Positions 55,664 to 64,000 of a stretch of DNA of 64,000 bases are shown piece by piece. The notes beneath the pieces were generated by a model. The model had not been told where the DNA came from. It ran no database searches and was given only the letters and a program-made list of their open reading frames with translations. Both the position numbers and the translations under genes were made by a program. Source of the DNA: Cyanophora paradoxa CCMP329. Its lineage: Eukaryota > Plantae > Glaucophyta. The stretch covers positions 372,001-436,000 of the forward strand of contig QPMI01000071.1 in NCBI GenBank assembly GCA_004431415.1, given 5' to 3'. Every line of letters begins with the position of its first letter. Position 1 is the stretch's first letter.

Positions 55664-58600
55664 ATGGCCATCACGCAGCTCCTCTTGCTGGTTTCCTCTG
55701 CATCGATCGCTGCATGCGCAGCGACGTGGGTCGAGATTCCCTCGTCGGGCCAGCGGCCCTTGCCGCTCTCGATTGATCAGTTCAGCCCCATTGCGGGGGT
55801 CAAGTCCCGTGCGCGCGCTCCGGATCCGCTCTAGATCTCACATTCATGCTGACCACAATGTCATGCAATCGGACCGCTTTGCGTGAACAGTGAACTTTGG
55901 CTACGCCGCCGCAAACGAGACGCTGCTGTTCCTCAGAACTCCGAAGACGGGAGCGCCGGTGCGCATCGATATCTGCACATACGCTGCAGCTGGGCCTTCC
56001 TTCTATATCTTCGAGAACCAACTTGATCCGACCGCTCTCTTGCAGGAGCTGTGCATCCTGAACCTGCGGGACTGGGTATGGAGCAGGCGCGGGCTGGCAT
56101 CCTCGGGCTTTCTCTCGTCCGCAGGGGCCGAGTGGTCCGGCTTTTCGACCAGCGAAGTGTGAGCAGGCGCTGTCCGACATGTACAGGATCCGGAAGCGAC
56201 GCCTGTGTAACGGCCTGCTCGCGCAGGTTTCACTCCAACTCATGGAGGCTGTGCGTGCACCCTCCTTGCCACCGTGAACCTGCATGAGCGTATAATATAC
56301 ATACACGTTCGACTTTGAGCGATCGGATTCGCAGGGTGCTCTACGGGGGCCACGTGGCATCCAACCCAACGTCGACAAACCGCATGCAGCACTACGACAC
56401 TGCGACGGGCCTGTTCATGACGAGGGCCGGAGGCCTGCAGCTTTTTAACGGGTTTGCAAACGTCGCTGGTTCATTCGTGGTTGATCAATTAATATTTACG
56501 GTTCTTCATTATCAGTCGAGGCGTCCACGGCCACCAATCGACGACGTGTCGAGAGCGGCTTTCTGTTGTATGTGCGTGCACGGCCACCCGGTGTCTGGTC
56601 TTGCAAGGAGCGCGTGATAACGCAGCCGATGACATCGCAGACTACGGCGGCGGCACTCTCGATAACGGCCTTTCCACGAACCAGCTCTGGGTGTACGGTT
56701 CGTATGAAAATCTATCGATATCTCTTTCGAATTCTCCGAATCCAATGACAGTTTCTTTTTATCCAGATGCACAACTGGACTCCGCCTCTCAGCTGGCCGG
56801 AGAAGCCGCCGCCTATTCCCCTGGGCCAGGCAATTGGTGGAATGGTATCGTTTGTTATCAGGAAACTTTATATGTTTTGCATCCAGCAACAGCGCTAGAC
56901 GAAATGAGACTCCGGACGTTTGAGTAAGTCGAACTTTATGTGGAAGTTAACGTTGGAAGTCGCCCCTCACAACTTAATCGTGCAGTCTTTCTTTGAATGC
57001 GTGGAAAGAAACCTCGTCTCGAGTGTTCCAAGCCGGCCGGTTTCTTATCACTGGGGTGCCTCTTGGGTCTTCTCAGTACTTGCTCGCGATCGGAGGAACT
57101 TATCTGGCAGGAAACACATCCGTAGCTTTGTCCGACAGTTTTGTTGTCGATTTAGTGAGCGGAAGGTGCTTCTCGCCTCCGGCGAGGGCAGAAGCGGCTG
57201 AGCATGAAATCCGCTGTGCGCATTTGACTGTGGATGCAGTTCGTGGACTGTGGATCTGGCATCGCATATTTCTGTTCAGGCCCCGTCGTCAACATTCATC
57301 CCGTTTGCCAGCTCATTTTCCTTCGTCTTTGCCAAATCCAGCGCTATAAATGAAAGTGAGAACCGATTGCATGCTGCTGCACGCAATTTAGGCTTGATTG
57401 TAACTCTGCTGCGACTCCGATACGCAGATTTTGTCCTCGATCATGATGCACTTGTTGTCGATGGGGACTTTCGAGTGTGGGGATTACAACTTCAACAGAA
57501 AGCAGACAATTCATCGGCGCTCAACTGCCCGTATGGCGCTGATTTTGATGGACCTTTGGGAGCGATAATCGAATGCTCATTGTTTCCGAAAAGAATAAGC
57601 ACTCCAATTGGGTAACCAGTTTTTGTATTTGCAATAGACTCTAGAAACAAGTTGCGCATTAATATTAATATGCAGGCTCAATCCGTTTGCTGTGAGCATT
57701 GCCGGTTCTGGTTCTTTTTCGGTACCGGTGAGGGAAGAACCGGTTATCACACTTGCGAACTATCCGAGCGGAAACCATGTGCTAGTATTTAATGTATCCA
57801 CGTCATCTTTACGGGGAGAAGGCGTTTTAACGCTGGCATGGATTATCACTGGCGAAATCATCGTGCTCTACAAATTCGATTCCCGGCGCCCACCAGATCC
57901 TCCGTCCTCGGCTGTCGCTACTGTCTTCGGAGCGTTATCCGACGCCGACTTCTGCATCGACATTGCAATTGCGACCGCATACGACTCACAGACCGCGCCT
58001 GTCGCGTCTGCTTCTGCCGAATGCTCATGTTGGTACTTCAACTACCGCACCGGGTCAAATATTTCAGAGGCTTTCCGTGAGATCGAACCCATCTCTCGTG
58101 CATATGGCCAGTTTCCAAACCGACGTGTCCGGCTTTGGTTTGATATTGATGACGTAAAGGTTGTCTCAACTTGTGAGTGTTTCGCATGGGTATCGAACAT
58201 CGTCGGGTCTTCTGCACGGATTGGGACCTCTCCAAGAGTTGTGCGGATCGAAAGCCCGCCAACGCCGCCCTCCCTCGATCCGGATAGTGATTTGATTGTA
58301 CACACGACATCCGTGGAACTGGATGAATTTGGATTGCCTGTTGTTCGGATGTTCGCAAATCTCAATGTCACCGCTTGGATTTCCGACCGCAACGCCGGAG
58401 ATATTCACATCAGCAATATTGTAGCCCATGATTTCTGCTCCCTCATCGACTCAACTTTAAACTTCGACAGAGGGCATTCTTATCAGAGCTTGCCCGGTGT
58501 CGCTGCAGCAGGTCCTTACATGCAATTGCTCAACCCGCAAGCGGCAGATGAACTGGTCTTGCAATTGCTCAGCACGACTACTGTGTTTGCAGAGAGCGAT

Positions 58601-61600
58601 TATAAGTGCACCGTCGACATTACTATTACTTTCGAGTCGGACTATTACCAGTTTGGGAGGACGTTCACATATTGGTACTCGCCCGTGTATTTCGTTACGA
58701 CGCCTAGCCTCCCAGAACCTCGAGGGCAAGCCCCAGGCCCGCCAGCAACGTGCACAGCTGCATTTCAAAAATCCCCAGGCAACTACTTCAGCTACACTCC
58801 GGAAATAGAAACTATCGTTTTGAACGTGACACTCCCCGAAGTCTGCACGGACGTGTCCAACAGGCGTTGCACAGGAATAATTGCATATTGCTACGCTCCT
58901 GCTGTTCAGCAGTTTTCCTTCGACATCACGACGCTGGTCGCGAACGCCGAGCTCGGGTCAAGTCACAGATACGAACCCCTGCACGTGTACAACACCACAT
59001 ACAACGAATTCAAATCTGTTGCTTTCGATCCCGCATCCTACACCGCTGGGTCGCACATCCAGCTCAAGTTCCAACTGGGCAGTCGGTTCAGTGCGGCCAC
59101 ATTCTTCTGCTCGGCGGCGGTAGCCAGCGATTTTCGGCATTCTCGATTTGCTCCGGAAGTGACGATTACCGTTACACCATCCAGCTCTGCATCAGCGACA
59201 GCACCACTAATTCGTCCGCTTATTGTTGGAGATACGTGGATTTACTTCCAGGTTGCCACTCGTTGGTCAGCACTGGCGCAGCTTGACAGGAGTTACCGGA
59301 TGCTAGCAGCCTCTGTCGAGTGCACAGACGTAAACACGGCTGAGGGCGCATTATTCTCAGGAACTGCCCCTTTCTCGGAAACTTATATGTGCAATCAACT
59401 TGATTTTTTGGATCTACAGCTGCGAGACTCCTTCGTCAACATCAACATAACAGGTTTACGACCTGCAACACAGTACACGTGCAAGGGCCAGACCGTCGGA
59501 GCAAACGGGCAGTTGTCGGCAGTTTCAAATTCAGTATATGGACTCCCTTATATTGTGACTAGAGATCCCAACTACGACAACTCTGCCTCAGACTGCATGG
59601 GCCCTTGCCTCGGCGTGCGACCGGTTTTGGTCACCTCGCGGACTGTCGACTTTGTTGCGACCTCACGGTTTTCGCCTGATGCATTAAGAAGCTATTTTCC
59701 GAATCCAGCTGAAGCTACTATGATCACTACATGCGATAAATTCAGTTTTCAGATGCTCGAGGATAACATGTGGCTTATCCCGCCTGCTGAACGAAATCGC
59801 TACAATGTGACTTTGATGCATATGGTCGACCTTACCGACAACAGTGGCGTGGCAAATTCGAGGTGGACTTTACGCGGCCTTGAGCCCGGGGAGCGATATT
59901 TTTGCAGTGTTTACAGTACTCGGGATCAGTGGGGCTATGTAAAGTATGTACAGTATATCGATTGGAAGCCAGCACCGCAATTGATTCGCACGGAAACGGA
60001 GCCTCCTGACCCCCTTTTCCCTGAGAATATTGTCGCTGTCGCGGTTGGACCCCGAAGCGCTGAGTTCGACATCACGCTTGGATTCGATGGAGGACACGGC
60101 CTCAAACGATTGCGATTCGAGTGCACGTGTAATTCGACGGGAGATAAAGCAGAGAGGACTTTGCTTTTCAAACGGAATTACAACGAGACCTTTCCCCTGA
60201 GCACCCAGAATCTGGGCCGGTATCTTTCTCCCCCTGATCCTTTACGACATCTGTATTCTTCGTTGCGAAACTGGCCGTATCAGAGGATTGCACGAATTCG
60301 AACAGGACAAACGGAGACGTTCAGAGTGAGATTATACGGATTGCGCGCCAACGCAGTACACAATTGCTCGGTGTTCGTAACTTACGGGGATGACTCCGTT
60401 CTTTCAGCTATCAGCCCTGGGCCTCTTGTCACCCAGCCTGGAGCTCCAGCCCCTCCTCACCTGTCACTAGAGTCGGCCCAGTCACACTCGCTCACTCTTG
60501 CCCTGAAACCGTCGGCCGACGACGGGGGCCGGAATGTCACTCGCGGAATAATTTCATGTTCATTGGTTGGACAGCCCTGGCAACCCGACATGAACATTTC
60601 TGCGAGCGTTCCCATTCACGATATAACTCTCTCTGTGACCGTTCAATTCAGCGATCTGCTTCCTGGGGAACAATATAACTGCTCCTCGGCATCAACTAAC
60701 GAACTTGGCGATTCTGCATGGTCACCATCAATTGCATTCAGCACGTTGCCAGTGGCTCCTGAAGCGCCAGTTGTCTCCACTCCTTTTACCGATCAGGGTT
60801 TTCGATCTCGGCGGATTATTGCTCCCATTTTGCTTCGAGGCACTGGCGGTGGCCGCACAATTAATGTCTCTGCTATCTGCACATGCAACATTTCAGCAAC
60901 AGGCGTACCCTGCAGTCCTTCTGTTGTTTTTGCATCCTCCTTGTTGCCTCAAGGAGTGCGGGAAATCAACTTGGATGTACCTGCTGGACCCAGTCTCGAG
61001 TTTCCACCGGGCGTCGAGTACGCGTGCAGAGTATCCGCCACAAACGAGATCGGAACGACCCATGCGCCCGTTGTGGCCGTTCGAACGCGCCCTGTGCCGC
61101 CAGAGAAGCCTACAGTCTTCAGCCTTGAGCGCTACGTGCAGGCGAGGCAGGTGCATCCTGTCGAAATTCAGTTCGAATTCGTTTTCTTCTCTTCTCAGCT
61201 TTGTCATCTTTGCCTTGCTACAGGCTAGTCTCTTTGCGATCGTGAGATTTGGCGCCGATGGAGGCGCTCCGCTGAGTGGAGCTGAAGCTTTGTGCTCGTC
61301 GGCATCGGGAAGAATCATTTCCGGCAGGAGCGTTTCTTTTACCGGCTTTCAGAAGGTGTCGGTCGGCGGTGATGACATTGGCGCGCTGCTTCTTCAGAAT
61401 TTAGAGCCTACCACGACGTATCAGTGCTTCGTTTTCGTGCAGAACTCTAGCCCGCAATTTTCTGGGGGCACCGTGCAGCTGGCGGCTTCCGAGCCCGCCC
61501 CCGTCACGTTTACCACCTATGCTGAACCGCCAAGAATATCCAGCGCGCCCGTCTACCTGCGGACCATCGAGTCTTACTGGGCTAATGTGACGCTCGTCGT

Positions 61601-63998
61601 AAACCCTTCCGACCGTGGGGGCGTTGCTTCGAAGGTATCTCAAGCGAGCATTGTCTGCTGGACCCCCGGCAGCGCTGGCGGGACAACTGCAGAAGCGATT
61701 GCCGCCAGGGCTTCCACTGCAGTATCCGGAACTGCATCCAGTTTCGGTGCAGCGGAGCTTCTGCAGGTGCAGCTGTCGATTCGCAGCCTTCTCCCTGGAA
61801 CGGCGTACAGATGCAACGCGACCGTAACTAACGAGGTGATTGTGAACGAACGTAGCTATCATTCCCTTCAAAATCGCAGCGGATTATGAATGTTAATGCG
61901 CAGGTTGGAGAGTCTCCCTTTTACGAACTTGAGGTTTTCCAAACACCGGCTGTTCTCCCTTCGGCTCCCACCGCTGTCGACGCTTCTTTCGAAACGAAGC
62001 CCGTTGCCGCAATCGTTCTTCGCGTTTTCATCGGCTCTGACGGAGGCTCGCCCATCACGCGAGCCGTCGGAACCTGCTCCGTTGCCTCAGACGGGCCGCA
62101 ACAGGATGCGTTTGGCGGCAGCATGTCACCGTCGAACGCAACTGTCTACTCGACTACTCTCGTCCAAGAGCTGCAGGGCACTGCTGCTTCGCCCTGGGTA
62201 GAGATGCGGGTCAGCGGGGTGTATCCCGCTTTGCGCTACACCTGTACCGCGGCGGTTGCGAACGCCGTCGGTCTCTCTCCTACAATGCAGGCGTTCCCTA
62301 CAATTATTTCTGTGCCATCGGATGCTCCGTTTCCGCCAAGCGCCGTTCAGATTATTGCATTCGACTCTCGCTCCGTCGTGATCTTCGTCGAGCTCGGCTA
62401 CAACGGGGGCAGCGACATCAAGTCCGTGACGGGACGCTGTGCGGCTGCAACGTTAACACTTCAGGTTCGAGCTGCTTGTGAAGCGTCAACGTTCGAGCTG
62501 CGTCCGCTAAAGTGCATCTCCCGTTCAGGCACCGGATGTTGTGGCGAGCTCGTCCGTGCTGCTGGCCCCGGGGACCCGCCTGATCGAGCTCAACGTCTCT
62601 GGTCTCGTGCCTGCCACCGAATATAACTGCAGCGCCTCCGCTGCAAACAGCGTCGGCGAGTCTGACGGATCCTCACCGGTGCAACTCCGGACAGCGGCAG
62701 AGCCTCCGTCCCCGCCGGCCGCCGTCACTGTTGCTGTCGCGAATTCGCGGTCTCTGCGTTTCTCTGTCAGGCACGGATCCGACGGGGGCAGTCCAATCCT
62801 CAACTTCACGCTCTCATGTCGACTTGTTATCGCGGGCGATAATCCCGCATCGTTTGCCGAGACTACGGTACCGGTGCCCGTGGGCGCGACAGATGGCATC
62901 GGGCAGCTGGACAAGCTGATCCCAGGGCGGCCATACGCGTGTGCGGGGTTCGTTATCAATGCCGTCGGCGCTTCGCCCTCCACCGCCGCCTTCCCCGCAA
63001 TTGTTGACACGCCCCCCGAACTGCCTGCGGCACCGGCCGCCGTCTCCACTCGCGCGGCCTCCTCCCGCGTTGTGGCCGTCAGCATTGGTTTTGGCTTCGA
63101 CGGCGGCAGCGCGCTGCTCGAAGTCATCGCCTCCTGCGTGCGGCTCCCCGAGGCCGCCTGCCCTGAGATCCGGTCCGCCGCCACCACCATTCCGGCGACC
63201 GGCACGGCCTCGCTCTTGGTCAACGTGTCAGGGCTGTGGCCCGCCTCCGAGTTCCGCTGCAGCGCCCACGTAAGGAACGACGTCGGCGCGTCCCCGCCTT
63301 CTTCGGCTGCTATCACCGTCCAAACCCCCGCCGAGGAGCCGGCCGCGCCTCAATCGGTTGAGGTCGTTGCGGCGAGCTCGACGGTCTTGCAGGCGAGAAT
63401 CGCGCCAGGCTACGACGGCGGCTCGGCCATCACTAGCTGCATCGTCACGTGCAGAACTCGAGACGCAACCACTGCTTCCAACAACTCGTCATCGGTATCA
63501 GCCGCGTCGGTAAATCAAGCCATCACAGTCGAGAAACGCTTCTCCCCCTCGACCCTCTCGGACCCCATTCTCGTGAACGTCACGGGCCTGCGCCGGGCTA
63601 CGGGCTACGCCTGCAGCGCGCAGCTCGCGAACGACGTCGGGCCATCCCCGTCTGTAGAAGCCGCTCCGCAGCGGACGCTCTTGGAGGCGCCGGGGCGGCC
63701 GACCGTCCTTGTGGAGGCCCAGGAGGCGACGGTCGGCCTCACGTCGACGAATCTTCGTGTGACAATCGCCGACAACGGCGGCAGCAACGCTGTAGCCGTT
63801 CGCGCCGACTGCGCGAGCACCTCGGACTCAGTGTCGGCCGGGCCCGTCGGCATCGCCGTCGGGGCGGACGCGTACGCGCTGCTTACTGTGCGGAAGCTGA
63901 CCTCGGGCCTCTTCTACTGCTGTTCCGTGTACACCGAGAACGAGGCAGGGCGCTCGCCCGACCGCAGCGTCTGCTTCGACACGCCCATACAGGCATGA
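55664..63998 (+). CDS. Large secreted or cell-surface protein: signal peptide, Kelch-like repeats, many fibronectin type III repeats (may continue beyond the window)
   Basis: MAITQLLLLVSSASIAACAA signal-like N-terminus. Kelch-like blades WVEIPSSGQRP, VLYGGH...HYDTATG, LLAIGGT...VVDLVSG. FN3-like repeats PxxP...DGGSPI...GLxPxTxYxCxxxxxNxVGxS. The 3' end is either TGA at 63996-63998 or a GC donor after CAG. Confidence 0.8.
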
Positions 63999-64000
63999 TC

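Noticed and set aside
61142-61150. Possible GC donor in the FN3 gene
   Set aside because: An in-phase canonical GT donor (CAG|GTGCAT) lies 9 nt downstream.

Overview
This is eukaryotic, intron-dense genomic DNA with short GT/GC-AG introns, typical donors GTGCGC/GTACCC and acceptors (Y/G)CAG. It resembles a GC-rich microbial eukaryote such as a glaucophyte, but that is inference only. Most long ORFs in the supplied track are GC artefacts, so genes were rebuilt by hand from splice sites and reading phase. The window holds three intact paralogous F-box/LRR-like genes plus a fourth frameshifted one. It has four copies of the GPI-transamidase subunit PIG-S: one full length and three partial, one of them interrupted by a 594-bp solo LTR. 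A very recent 5.1-kb tandem duplication covers a head-to-head PIG-S/AGFG-type ArfGAP pair. There is also a TPR-clamp + LRR gene, a secreted Kelch-like + multi-FN3 gene and several TA-flanked MITEs. The most novel element is a lower-GC central island (about 16-31 kb) holding two divergently transcribed paralogs that the ORF track does not show as whole genes. Both start with an MGxxxSK N-myristoylation motif, are built from 4-cysteine modules and end in an acidic 'DAN..V.EED' tail. The larger one has about 60 exons (about 1,500 aa), mostly in phase-compatible five-microexon cassettes where conserved framework exons alternate with hypervariable ones. It is a candidate modular or combinatorially spliced repeat-protein system.
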